Of a stretch of 64,000 nt of DNA, positions 37,910-49,254 are shown piece after piece (the stretch's first letter is position 1; each line of letters opens with the position of its first letter). A program made the position numbers and the translations under genes. This DNA is from Chiloscyllium plagiosum (Eukaryota): NCBI RefSeq assembly GCF_004010195.1, contig NC_057751.1, positions 6,518,863 through 6,582,862 on the forward strand, read 5' to 3'. The notes beneath the pieces are model-generated. The model was not told the origin of the DNA and did no database searches. It was given only the letters and a program-made list of their open reading frames with translations.

Positions 37910-39288
37910 TGTGACAATGCTGCTCCTTTCACAAGGCCATGCTGTCCTAGGGTTTCTTTTCAGAGAGATTGTAAAAGCAGAAATTCCGAAAGGTCTGGGG
38001 TCAGATGGGTTTGAGGGCCAATTTGATTATAGCTAACAGATACTGCCTCATACAAAAGTCTTCTAAGTTTAAAAGTAACACTTGTACAATGACAGGGGAG
38101 TGGCCAGTTCTCCCAGTTCAGCTTTTCTCTGGTTTAATTTGGTTTTGGTTGGGTCTGTCTATTCACTGAAAGCAGTCAGGTGTTGTTTGAGGCTGCTGGT
38201 CCAAGAAATAGCTACATGGAAGGGGGTGTCCCATGCTGCCATCTCTCTTTGTCTCCTATAAGACCCTGTGTTTGATTTTACCTTTTGTGCCAATGGGTGT
38301 TTATGGGGATTGTTGCAAGTATTGGGAACATTTGAAGCTCAGATTGTGATGCAGGTTGCAAGTTTGCTTGCTAAGCTGGAAGATTTGTTCTCAGATGTTT
38401 TCTCATCATGCTAGGTAACATCATCAGTAAGCCTCCGGTCAAATGTCGGTGTTCTGTCCCACTTTCTATTTATGTGTCTTGGTCTGTTGTGGTGGGTGAT
38501 ATCACTTCCGGTTCTTTTTCTGAGAGGTTGGTAAATGGGGGCCAAATGGATGTGTTTGTTGATGGAGTTCCGGTTTAAATGCCAGGCCTCTAGGAATCCC
38601 CGTGCAGGTCTTTAATTAGCTTGTCCTAGGATGGATGTATTGTCCTGTCCAAAGTGGTGTCTCTCATTGTGTCTAAGTATACTAGTGATCATTGATCGTA
38701 TATATTAGTGGCTAGTTTCCTGCCAGTCTGTCCGATATAATGCTTGTTGCAGTCCTTGCAGGGTATTTTGTCTATGACTTTCGTTGTGCTAGTTGTTGGT
38801 ACAGGGTCCTTTAGATTCATTAAGAGCTGTTTCAGTGTGTCGGTAGGTGTGGGGGCTACCATGATGCCTAGAGGCTGGCATAATCTGATCATAATCTCCG
38901 AGACACGTAAATAGGAAGTGGGATAGAACAACAGCGCTTCAACGGAAGCTCACCTATGATGTTACCTAGCATGGTGACGAAATGTCTGAGAAAAAATCTT
39001 CGAGCTCAGCAAGCAACCTGACATCCTGAGTATTGGGAACACCACCATTAAATTGGGATAATCTGATGGATTTTCAGTTAGATTACGTTATTCGGTACTC
39101 TGTTCTCTTTTGTTTGTGTTTCATTCGTAATCTTGTAAATAAATTCTATTTTATTTAAAACTAAGTGGTTTGACCAGCGGCATCTCTCCTGGAATATCCA
39201 CTGTTACACCTGCTTAAAACAACCAGCAAAGTTATGGCCTGGGCTATTTTCTTAAATATTTTTCGGGGGTCTGTCCTGGTCCGTAACA
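37910..39288 (+). mobile_element. Solo LTR (same family as 13381-14030), interrupted by a PLE
   Basis: TGTGACA...CCGTAACA termini; AATAAA near the 3' end; no clear TSD. Confidence 0.7.
38331..39028 (-). mobile_element. Penelope element fragment (GIY-YIG endonuclease end and inverted terminal repeat)
   Basis: KIPCKDCNKHYIGQTGRKLAT GIY-YIG motif; 13-bp TSD AGTATTGGGAACA at 38318-38330 and 39029-39041. Confidence 0.9.
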
Positions 39289-40074
39289 AGTAAGACCAGC
39301 ATTCCTCAGGGCCATGCAATCTTTCAAAGGCAGCTGCAACACTGCAGGAGAGTATCCATCTGTGAGCTGTATTTCTTGGCGACATTAAGAATCAGCAGAG
39401 ATGGCAGAGAAGCAAAGGCTCACACCAAACTTCTCAGAGATGGTCCTTATGGATGGGGGTGGTCAAGAGAAGTAAAGTCTTCTGGCCTAGAGGATCAGTA
39501 GAGGAGGCCACACTCCCATGCCATGCCAACCTGTTTGGAGATTGCATTCTGGATCGGCACATATAGTGTTGTGATGTCTGTTCCTCTCATGTTCTGGAAT
39601 GTTGGTCAATACACTAATCACACACCGCAATCACTTAAGTCAGACAGACACACATTGATCAGAAAGTACAAACTTGAGAAGTTTCTTGGCACTCTTGAAA
39701 GAACAATAGATTTCACCCTGAGTTTACCAACAAGGTTTTCTTTGTAGAAATGGAGAGAAGACCAATGGGGCTGCTTGTTCTCAGGAAATCATCCGCTAAC
39801 CCACCTCCTTCTGAGCAGACTCCTCCCCCAGCTGAATCAAATTTTAGAAAAGCAACTCTCCAAGCCCATGATCGGAACAACTCCCACAACAATTCACAGC
39901 AAAGCAAATAGCTATCATCAAATATGTGACTCACAGGAAGCCTTGTCAAAAAAAATCTCCAAAGTCCACATGAATTTTCAATCACCTCTTTTAAAGAAAC
40001 CCATTCAAGTATTGCCACAAACCTTCAAGATGTAAATCCTCTGAGAAGTACTAAATCTGGAGCATCACATCCCG

Positions 40075-40305
40075 AATCCTCCTTGAGAAGGTGATGATGA
40101 ACCAGCTTCTTGAACCACTGCAGTACATCTGATGCAAGTACAAATACGATTCCAGGATTTGGTCCCAAGAATGAAAAATGTCAATATAGTTTCAAATCAT
40201 GATCATGTGTAGTTTGGAGTCAACTTGCAGAGGGAATTGTGTTCTCATGCATCTGCTGCCCTTGTCCTTCAAGATGGTGAAGGTCATAGTTTTGGAAGAT
40301 GCTGT
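40075..40305 (-). mobile_element. 3' fragment of the LINE family at 60715-63700
   Basis: CCTTGAGAAGGTGATG...ATCTGCTGCCCTTGTCCTTC..GATGG. Confidence 0.7.
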
Positions 40306-40638
40306 TGTCAGTCTTCTCTATAGAAACCTCTCTGCATTCTTTTTGGTCAATGAGATTTTAATGGAAAACAGCAAAGAGATCAGAAGATGACCAGTACTTC
40401 AGTTCTGCCAAAGGTTGTTTGACCTAAACAAGTCTCCTGCGAGAAGCTAACAATGTCTAATAATAAACAGAAGATCGGAGTGAAATGGGAATAGGCTGAG
40501 GGTTCTTAAAATAATTTGAAATGCCACACAGAAATAAGCCACTTGGTCAGTCAAAATTATCTGAGTTGTGATACAATCAGAAAACGGTCACTCAGTAGAC
40601 TGGTTAGCCTTTGTCAAAAGAAAAACAGATTTCATGTT

Positions 40639-41293
40639 CAAAGTTTGTGAGAAGATTTGTAGCTCGGGTGCTCGTTGTTGTGGTTCTGTTCACCGTGTTG
40701 CAGATGTTTCATCCCCTGTCTAGGTTACATCCTCAGTGCTTGGGAGCCTCCTGTGAAGCGCTTATGTGATATTTCCTCCAGCATCTATAGTGGTTTGTCT
40801 CTGCCACTTCCGGTTGTCAGTTCCAGCTGTCCGCTGCAGTGGCCGGTATATTGGGTCCAGGTCAATGTGCTTATTGATTGAATCTGTGGATGAGTGCCGT
40901 GCCTCTAGAAATTCCCTGGCTGTTCTCTGTTTGGCTTGTCCTATAATAGTAGTGTTGTCCCAGTCGAACTCATGTTGCTTGTCATCTGTGTGTGTGTGGC
41001 TACACTACTATTAGAGGACAAGACAAACAGAGAACAGCCAGGGAATTCCTAGAGGCATGGCACTCATCCACAGATTCAATCAATAAGCACATCGACCTGG
41101 ACCCAATATATCGACCACTGCAACAGACAGCTGGAACTGACAACCGGAAGTGGCAGAGACAAACCACTATAAATTCCGGAGGAAATATCACAGAAGCGCT
41201 TCACAGGAGGCTCCCAAGCACTGAGGATGTCACCTAGACAGGGGACGAAACGTCTGCAACACAAATTCCCAGCTCGGCGAGCAGAACCACAAC
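40639..41293. mobile_element. Penelope element: two terminal repeats in inverted orientation
   Basis: AREFLEAWHSSTDSINKHIDLDPIYRPLQ encoded on both arms; duplicated AACAGATTTCATGTT at 40624-40638 and 41291-41305. Confidence 0.92.
41218..41257 (+). ncRNA. Minimal type I hammerhead ribozyme motif
   Basis: GCA-CUGAGGA-U-GUCACC-UAGACA-GGGGAC-GAAA-CGUC-UGC: conserved core, stem II, short stem I, GUC cleavage triplet. Confidence 0.7.
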
Positions 41294-41869
41294 AGATTTC
41301 ATGTTTCAGACAAGTCATGTTTCATCATGTTTAGAAAATGCGGTTTTATCTAATTCAGAAAATAAAATTTAGAAAACGGTGACAAGAGAACTCAAGGTGC
41401 ACAAAGAGTAAGTAAATGGCAGTGGAGGACATGATAGGCTTCATTTTGTTCTTTGTTCAAGAGATATGAGTATCACTGAGAAGGCCACTATTTACAGATG
41501 TATCAACTTCTACATGAATGCATAGGCAGTGAGGGTGGGCATACGTGAAGGGAGGAAAGTACAAAAGAGATTGTCTAACAGGATTGAAAACAAGATTGAT
41601 TTAGTGAAGAGCAGAATCATGACTAACACCAGAACATGTGAAACAAGGAGATCATTAGTTATGATCTGAAATTGTTGAACTCAAGAATGTAAAGAATTTT
41701 GTAAAGTGCCTTACCGAAAGTTGAGTTTCTATTCTTTGATCGTCTGGTGAGGATCTCTGGAACAGTGAGGTAAGTCAAGAAAACCTTCCAAGAATACATA
41801 AAAAAAGAGTTGAAAACAAAGAATACACAATAATATCATCACAGAGAAAAGACCCGGGGTGTTATGATG

Positions 41870-42180
41870 TTCTTAGACAAACCACTGAACTATTGGACAC
41901 TTCTGGGTGCCTCACAATAGGATGGATATGAAGGGCTTTGAGGGAGTCCAACAGAGATTTCCATTGTTAAGCTGAGACACTTGAATTATGAGGAAAAGTT
42001 GGACCAGACAGGACCATTTTCCTTGGGACAGCGGGCACAGTTTTAAAGAATGAAATCTTATAGGAGTCTGAATATCGTGAGCTATGGCGGGCTTTGTGGC
42101 AGAATTGCGTGAAAAGACTGGCAGGGGAATAGATCCAACTACATACCAGTAAATGGGCAATGGACAGTCTTGTCGGGTCA
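41870..42180 (+). mobile_element. Old CR1 3' fragment
   Basis: AGGATGGATATGAAGGGCTTTGAGGGAGTCCAACAGAGATTT. Confidence 0.55.
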
Positions 42181-43239
42181 TCACCATCAGTCAAGGAATT
42201 TGCATATCGTCATTTGGAGTGCTGTAAGTACAGCTGTCAAGGGTCTAGGCAGTCATGTTTTAAGAGCAGCTTGTCAAAGGTGATCATATGTCTGGGGCAA
42301 GAACAGTCCTGAGGGTCCATTCATTGATCATTCAAGAGGATGCAATAAGGGCAAGTGGAGGAGCCATGAGGTGGGGACAAGAATGATGAGGACAGGAACT
42401 CAGGGTGTACATGGGGTAAGAAAATAGCATCGGACGATGTGATAGGCTTCGTGAGGGTTGATTATTGGCAGTCACCACCACTGTGGCCTCTACAGGAGGA
42501 ATGTAGAGGAACAGAGGGGCAGTTTATGGTGAAATGCTGGGGCTCAGCACACAGGTAGAGTGGTTGGACTTGTCAGTCAATGTGATGGACCTTCAAATGG
42601 GATTGGATGGAAATAAGCTCCAAGGTAGTGCAAGGTCAAGGGGACATGGAGGGTTGGGAGTGTGGAGAGTGTGTTAATAACGTCCATGGCAAGCTACATT
42701 TCCTCCCTCACTTGCTGTTCCCTAGATGCTTCCTGCAACTGGATGCTGAATGGCAATTTGATGGGCGAAAACACAGTATCAATGTTTGTTGCACATGAGG
42801 ATGCTGAAGAGACAAATACATGAAACAATTGTTCACAAACTCCAACTCAATTTAATATCACATAACATCTTTGCCTACTTGCTATACATGAGAAGCAGAT
42901 GTGCATAGGCTTCAAAAATTGGTGAATGGTGATCTGCACAATGCCACTGGTGCTTGTAAACTTAACATTACCATCTCAATGATGTAGAGTTAGCAACAAT
43001 CACTTAAAAAGAGGCAAGTGTTGGCCAAAAGCATCCAATCAGTTGTGAAACTTCCAATGGTGCTGTGGCGACAGGAGAACATAGATACATGGACTTTGAT
43101 GAAACAATGACAATGGACTCTACTGAATACATGGAAAATTGCAATGATTGATATGGCTCTAGGATGGGAAGGAGGTTGGACCGCAGAGGGCATTTCCTTT
43201 TTGATATAATATTTTGGTCACTCAGACAGCTTAGTACAG

Positions 43240-43475
43240 GTAAACTGGTATGCATTTGGAATGAGCTGCCAGCAGAAGTGGTTGAGGCAGATACATTAAC
43301 AACGTTTAAAATGCATTTGAACAAATACATGGATAGGAAAGGATTAGAAGGATATGGGCCAAGTACAGGGAAATGGAATAGTGTGGGTGGACATTTTGGT
43401 CGTCATGGACCAGTTTGGGTCAGTTTGGGCCAAAGGGCCTGTCTCTGTGCTGTTGGACTCGATGACTCTACGACC
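43240..43475 (+). mobile_element. CR1 3' end
   Basis: WNELPAEVVEADTLTTFKMHLNKYM. Confidence 0.85.
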
Positions 43476-43499
43476 TGACAATTAAACAGCAACAAGGGT

Positions 43500-44158
43500 T
43501 ATAGAGTGGGATTATCTGTGCAAGGGAGTGTCAGCCATATTAATTATGCGCCATGAGCTGCTTGTGGCTGCTTTACTGTTACATTGTTACTTAAGTTCTC
43601 AATGCTTATCTGGGTCCACAGTGCCCTTTAAAAGATGGTGCAAGTGTAAGGGATGCCAGACTCACAGTGGATACCTGCTGAGTGGTGAATTATCCTGGGA
43701 ACAATGGGTGGTAAGATGGGCTAGAATGAGTTGAGTGAAATGTCAAAGGAATGGGAAAGCTAGTTAATGAGGTCGGTTTGATTAGATTCGATTACATTAC
43801 AGTGTGGAAACAGGCCCTTCGGCCTAACAAGTCCACACCGACCCGCCGAAGCACAACCCACCCATACCCCTACATTTACCCCTTACCTAACACTGCGGGC
43901 AATTTAGCATGGCCAATTCACCAGACCTGCACATCTTTGGACTGTGGGAGGAAACCGGAGCACCCGGAGGAAACCCACGCAGACACGGGGAGAACGTGCA
44001 AACTCCACACAGTCAGTCGCCTGAGGCAGGAATTGAATCCGGGTCTCTGGCGCTGTGAGGCAGCAGTGCTAACCACTGTTTGGTAAGATATGGTGTGCGT
44101 CTTGCTTGGCCTTGCAGCTTAATGCAATTAACACTTTAAAAAAAAGTACAATTCAGCC
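43500..44158 (-). mobile_element. PIF/Harbinger-like 5' region, interrupted by HE1
   Basis: Reverse complement aligns by eye with 5665-5795 and 37690-37909; terminus GGCTGAATT at 44158. Confidence 0.45.
43779..44079 (-). mobile_element. HE1-type V-SINE, young
   Basis: Near-identical to 1-255 and 34550-34786. Confidence 0.92.
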
Positions 44159-45139
44159 AAAGTATTCTGCAGAAGAAGCACGTGGAATTTGAGAAGGAAG
44201 GTCTCTTCACACAGCTAGTGGTTCAGATATGGAACTACTTCCGCTACCTGGAAGTGTGGTGGAGGCAGGTTCATCTGAGGCGTTCAAGAGAGGCATTGAA
44301 TGTTTATTTAAATAGAAAGATATGTAGGGTTCCAGGAAAAACACAGGTGGTTGGCATTAAGTTAAAATGCACACAGAGTTGGTGCAGACATGATGGGCCA
44401 AATAACCTCGATCTGCACTGTATCAGTTCTGTGATTCTGGGTTCAAACTCCAGAGTCCTTCCAATGCTCATGAGTGTCAGTCTTAGATGATGTAAAATGT
44501 TTGTGAGAGATCAATGCAAAATTGATAACTAAACTAGGTCAATGAAATAGAGCTGATTGTAAATACAAAAGACAGATTACAAGAGTTGCTTAAAAAAGCA
44601 CAATTGATAAACTTGAACATGGGTTGATAATGTATATTCATCAGGTGTCTAAACTTAAACAAGGATGCTAAATGGAGAGGGATTTAATAATATGAAAGGG
44701 TGTTATGGAGCAATAAAATCAAGCAGATGATAAGTTGAATGCTGATGTGTACAATGTCATAAACAGAGCTCTCTGAATTACGGTGCTCTAGACATACACT
44801 GAAAATTTGTTTGATGGAAATAAAGTAAAAAAAAGACCCCATCCTTGAGCTGGTACAAGAAAGGAAACTGTTATGTGGAGACAAATGACAGATTGGTATA
44901 TAATTAGGAAACCGGGGGAGTTGCTGATGGCTTTAATTTCTGAGAAAGTTCAAACTGATAGATCAAAAAGCAGGAAAAGAATGAAAATAGGTTGAATGGT
45001 GTGATTGAGGGAAATACATAACATTATGAGCTTAGATATAAAATTTAAGATTGTACACATTTTTTGATCAAACATAATCATAATCTGTTTATTATCACTG
45101 GTGTGTATACTTCGTAGCTTTTCCTTTTGGCACCAAAAT

Positions 45140-47165
45140 GTCCGTCCGCGCTAACCCCATTTCCCTGCACTTGGCCAATATTCTTCTAAACCTTTCCTGT
45201 CTGTGTATTTGTCCAAATGCCTTTTAAATATTGTTAATGTACCCACCTCCACCACTTCCACTGGTAGTTCATTCCATATGCATACCACCTTCAGCATAAA
45301 AAAACCTGCCCCTCAGGTTCCCTTTCATTCTTTCACCTCTAACTTTAAACTGATGCCCTCTAATCCTCAATTCCCCAACCCTGGGAAAAAGACTGAGTGC
45401 ATTCACCCTATCTGCACCTCTCATGATCTTATACACATCCACAGGATCCCTCCTCAGTCTCCTTTTGCTCTAAAGAAAAAATGTCCTCGCTTATCCAATC
45501 TCTCCGTGTAACTCAGACGGTTGAGTCTTGGCAATATGCTTATAAATTTCTTCTGCACTCTTCCTGCAGCAAGGTGACCAAAACTGAACATAATCCTCCA
45601 AGTGCGGCCTCACCAACATCCTGCACAACTGCAACATAACTTCCCACCTTCTGCAGGGGAATCTCGATTATCCAAATGTGATGGGCGAGCACTATTTTGT
45701 TCGGATAATCAATTATTCAGTTAATTGATTAAATGCCTTTCCTCTGGGGCTCGGAGTTTTAAAAGTCTGCTTCCTGATCAGGAAACTAGCAGCAGCACAC
45801 AGTGCGCGAGGCACGCCCCACCCCACCCCCATGCCCCCAACCCCGTCCAACATCGACCCCGTCCCCAACANNNNNNNNNNNNNNNNNNNNNNNNNNNNNN
45901 NNNNNNNNNNNNNNNNNNNNNNNNNNNNNNNNNNNNNNNNNNNNNNNNNNNNNNNNNNNNNNNNNNNNNNNNNNNNNNNNNNNNNNNNNNNNNNNNNNNN
46001 NNNNNNNNNNNNNNNNNNNNNNNNNNNNNNNNNNNNNNNNNNNNNNNNNNNNNNNNNNNNNNNNNNNNNNNNNNNNNNNNNNNNNNNNNNNNNNNNNNNN
46101 NNNNNNNNNNNNNNNNNNNNNNNNNNNNNNNNNNNNNNNNNNNNNNNNNNNNNNNNNNNNNNNNNNNNNNNNNNNNNNNNNNNNNNNNNNNNNNNNNNNN
46201 NNNNNNNNNNNNNNNNNNNNNNNNNNNNNNNNNNNNNNNNNNNNNNNNNNNNNNNNNNNNNNNNNNNNNNNNNNNNNNNNNNNNNNNNNNNNNNNNNNNN
46301 NNNNNNNNACCCCAACCCCTAGACACCCGCTCCCTCTCCAGGGCAGCTGGACTGGACACCAACAACAATACTGCTGCAGTTGCCTATGTGGGGTAAGTCT
46401 CCAAATAGAGTATGCACGCACACGCTCACACACACACACCTTTGTACTGCAAACGTTTGACAGGCTCCACCTTTGCCCTGTACAGGACAATGTTGGAGAG
46501 ATTATGTGGGGAAGGGGGGTTTAGGGTGTAGAACTCCACGGAAAGTGTGGGGAGAGAGAGAAAGGGCGGGTGGTAGTTTATTTGGAGACTGTAAACAAAA
46601 GATGCGCGATTACTGTTGGAAACACGTCTTTGATGTAATGTTTCCATCGAGACCTTGAGATCTCCTTCGGATAATCCGATTTTTGGATAATTGGTATTTG
46701 GATAATGAAGGTTCCTCTGTATACTCAATGCTTGACTGATGAATGCCAGTGTGCCAAAGGATTTCTTCGCTGCCCTGTCTCCCTCTGACTCCACTTTCAG
46801 AAAGCTGTGCACCTGAACTCAAAAGTCCCTCTGTTCCACTACACTCCTTAAGGCTCTACCAATCACCATGAAACTCCTACCTAGATTTGAGTTTCCAAAA
46901 TGCAAGACCTCCCACTTATCAAAATTAAACTCCATTTGCCATTCCTCCACTGATTTGCCCATTTCCCCCACTGATCAAGATTATGCTGCAATTTCTGAAA
47001 TCTTTCCTCGCTGTCTACAATACCTCCTATTTTAGTGTCATCTGCAAATTTACTAATCTCGCTTTGTACATTTTCATCCAAATCATTGATTTCGATGACA
47101 AACACCAATGGGCACAGCACAAACCCCTGAGGCACTCCATCCCGAGTCATCAGTCTCCAGTCTGA
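45140..47165 (-). mobile_element. CR1 LINE (RT to 3' end) split by MITE family 2
   Basis: GVPQGFVLCPLVFVIEINDLDENVQSEISKFADDTKIGG. Confidence 0.9.
45654..46719. mobile_element. Longer MITE family 2 element (contains gap 45871-46308)
   Basis: CAGGGGAATCTCGATTATCCAAAT ... ATTTGGATAATGAAGGTTCCTCTG|TA; CR1 resumes on both sides. Confidence 0.8.
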
Positions 47166-47184
47166 TATGTTTACTTAAAAATGT

Positions 47185-47411
47185 GAAATTGGAGAAAAAG
47201 TCAAATGGTGACCGTGTAACTACTGTAAATTGTTGTAAAAGCCCATCTGGTTCATGACTGTCCCTTCGAGAAGGAAATATTTTACCTCGTCTAGCCTGCA
47301 TGTGATTCCAGGCCAGTTGCAATGTGGTTGACTGAGTAAGTCATTTCAGATCAATAGTAAAGAGCAATGGACAATAAATGCTGACCCAGCCGGCAGCACA
47401 AATATCCCATA
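47185..47411 (+). mobile_element. Family B SINE 3' part
   Basis: CCCATCTGGTTCA...GCAATGTGGTTGAC...CAATAAATGCTGACCCAGCC...ATCCCAT. Confidence 0.7.
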
Positions 47412-47414
47412 AAC

Positions 47415-47498
47415 TATTGTCTTCAGAAGGTTAATGGTGGGCTTCTTTCACCACTGCAGAGGTGAAAGAAGCTCACCATTAACCTTCCAAAGACAATA
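47415..47498. repeat. Near-perfect inverted repeat (38-bp arms, 8-nt loop)
   Basis: TATTGTCTTCAGAAGGTTAATGGTGGGCTTCTTTCACC / GGTGAAAGAAGCTCACCATTAACCTTCCAAAGACAATA. Confidence 0.9.
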
Positions 47499-48074
47499 AA
47501 TGCCATCCTTTCAAGCCAATCGCATATCCTGAATGTGCACTTCAGCCTGATTGTCAAATCAATTCTGGCTGAAGCATCCTGCACTCTAAATTCAATTCAG
47601 CTCTTCTCTGTGTTTTGTCACCTTGTTATTTGGTGACTCCTCCTGGCCTTGCTCTCAAATGTATTGAGTTCCTCTGACTTGTCATTCCATGCCTTCCTGT
47701 CAAAAGCAAAGCACTGAGCATGAAGTGACAATAATGGGCTTTGAATACTTTTCGATGAATCTTTCCTCAGTGGAACACTCAGGATAAAATCATTCCAAGA
47801 GTCTGTTTTTTTAAAATTTTCAAGGTGAATGTGATATCATGCCAGCTTACAGATAGCTGTGTGCATTTTCATCTAGCTCATGCGAATGGGCATTAATTCT
47901 GCAAAAGGTGGGTTGATGAGCAAGAACTGGAGGTCATCAGACAGGGAGCAAAGGAAAGATTAGAAATTTCCAAATTCTCGTGCTGCAACAGTGTTAGTCG
48001 CCCTGAGGCAACAAGTGCAAAGTGTTGGGGAGATGATGTCTTGTTCTATTATCACTGGACTGTTAATTCAGAGA

Positions 48075-48288
48075 TGAGGAAAATGGTGCTGGAAAAACAC
48101 AGCAGGCCAGGCAGCATCCGAGGAGCAGGAGAGTCGATGTTTCAGGTATGAGCCCTTCATCAGCAATTCCTGATGAAGGGCTTTTGCCCGAAATGTCGAC
48201 TCTCTTGCTCCTTGGATACTGCCTGACCTGCTGTGTTTTTCCAGCGGCACAATTTTTGACTCTGACCTCTGCAATCCTCACTTGCCCA
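48075..48288. mobile_element. Palindromic PLE-derived mini-element with two opposed hammerhead motifs
   Basis: Arms centred on AATT at about 48165-48168; 14-bp TSD TGTTAATTCAGAGA at 48061-48074 and 48289-48302. Confidence 0.85.
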
Positions 48289-48308
48289 TGTTAATTCAGA
48301 GACCCAGA

Positions 48309-48624
48309 TGGGTGGCATGGTGGCTCAGTGGTTAGCACTGCTGCCTTACAGTGCTAGGGACCCGAGTTCAATTCCTGCCTCAGGAAACTGTCTGTGTGGA
48401 GTTTGCACATTCTCTCCCGTCTGTGTGGGTTTCCTCTGGGTGCTCTGGTTTCCTCCTACAGTCCAAAGATGTGCACGTTAGATGAATTGGCCATGCTAAA
48501 TTGCCCGTAGTGTTAGGTGCATTAGTCAGGAGTAAATATTGGGGAATGGGTCTGGGTGGAGGGTCGGTGTGGATTTGTTGGGCCGAAGGGCTTGTTTCTA
48601 CACTGTAGGGAATCTAATCTAATC
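48309..48624 (+). mobile_element. HE1-type V-SINE, full length
   Basis: A/B boxes, V domain, (AATCT)n tail. Confidence 0.92.
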
Positions 48625-48959
48625 ACAATGTTCTGTTTACCTGTGATCAACTCTTTATAATGGCAGATGGTGGAATTTGAATTCAATTAAAAGTTTATTG
48701 ATGACCATGAACCATCGTCACTTGTTGCAAAAACCCATCTGGTTTGCTAATGCTCTTTAGGGAAGGCAATTGCCATCCTTATTCTGGTCTGGCCAATGTG
48801 TGACTCCAAACACACAACAGTGTGGATGACTCTTAACTCCTTTCAGAGCAATTAAGGATGTGCGGGAAGTGCTTACATTCTGTGAAAAATTAAAAACAAA
48901 AGTACCTGATGGCTGGCTTTGACTGTGGCAACAAAAATAAAAGATCAGAGCCTCTTTAG

Positions 48960-49230
48960 CAGCTGCACAGGACGTTCCAGAACCTTTTGTCGCTAGTGGG
49001 TTATTTTATACATGTGGTCATTGTTACATTGAGAAAAGCAGCAGTCCACTTGCTCACAGCAAGGCCCCACAAACAGCATATGGTCTTGTTTGTAGTAAGA
49101 ATATTGACCAAGGCAGAGCCAAGGACACATCAATCTCATGTTCCAACAGTTTCATGGGATCTTTAACATGTCAGCTGCCTGAATTTGCAATGCAGTCTCA
49201 ATTTAAAAATGTCATCTGAAGGTTATCTCC
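48960..49230 (-). mobile_element. Deu-domain SINE, decayed
   Basis: CAGGACGTTCCAGAAC...CACAGCAAGGCCCCACAAACAGCA...CATGGGATCTTTAAC. Confidence 0.6.
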
Positions 49231-49254
49231 AAGCATGCCTTCCTTCCATTAATA

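Larger units (their letters stand above)
37690..39560 (+). mobile_element. PIF/Harbinger-like remnant hosting a solo LTR
   Basis: Starts GGGCTGAAT; continues across the LTR; decayed MAEKQRLTPNFSEMVLMDG Myb/SANT-like start at about 39401. Confidence 0.45.
48040..48900 (+). mobile_element. Family B SINE carrying two nested insertions
   Basis: Head TATTATCACTGGACTGTTAATTCAGAGA|...|CCCAG|...|AATGTTCTG...GGCAGATGGTGGAATTTGAATTCAA. Confidence 0.75.

Noticed and set aside
39567..40019. Additional solo LTR (TG...CA)
   Set aside because: No TSD and no second copy in the window; not supportable.
45713..46524. Six overlapping long ORFs
   Set aside because: Artefact of the N gap inside a MITE.
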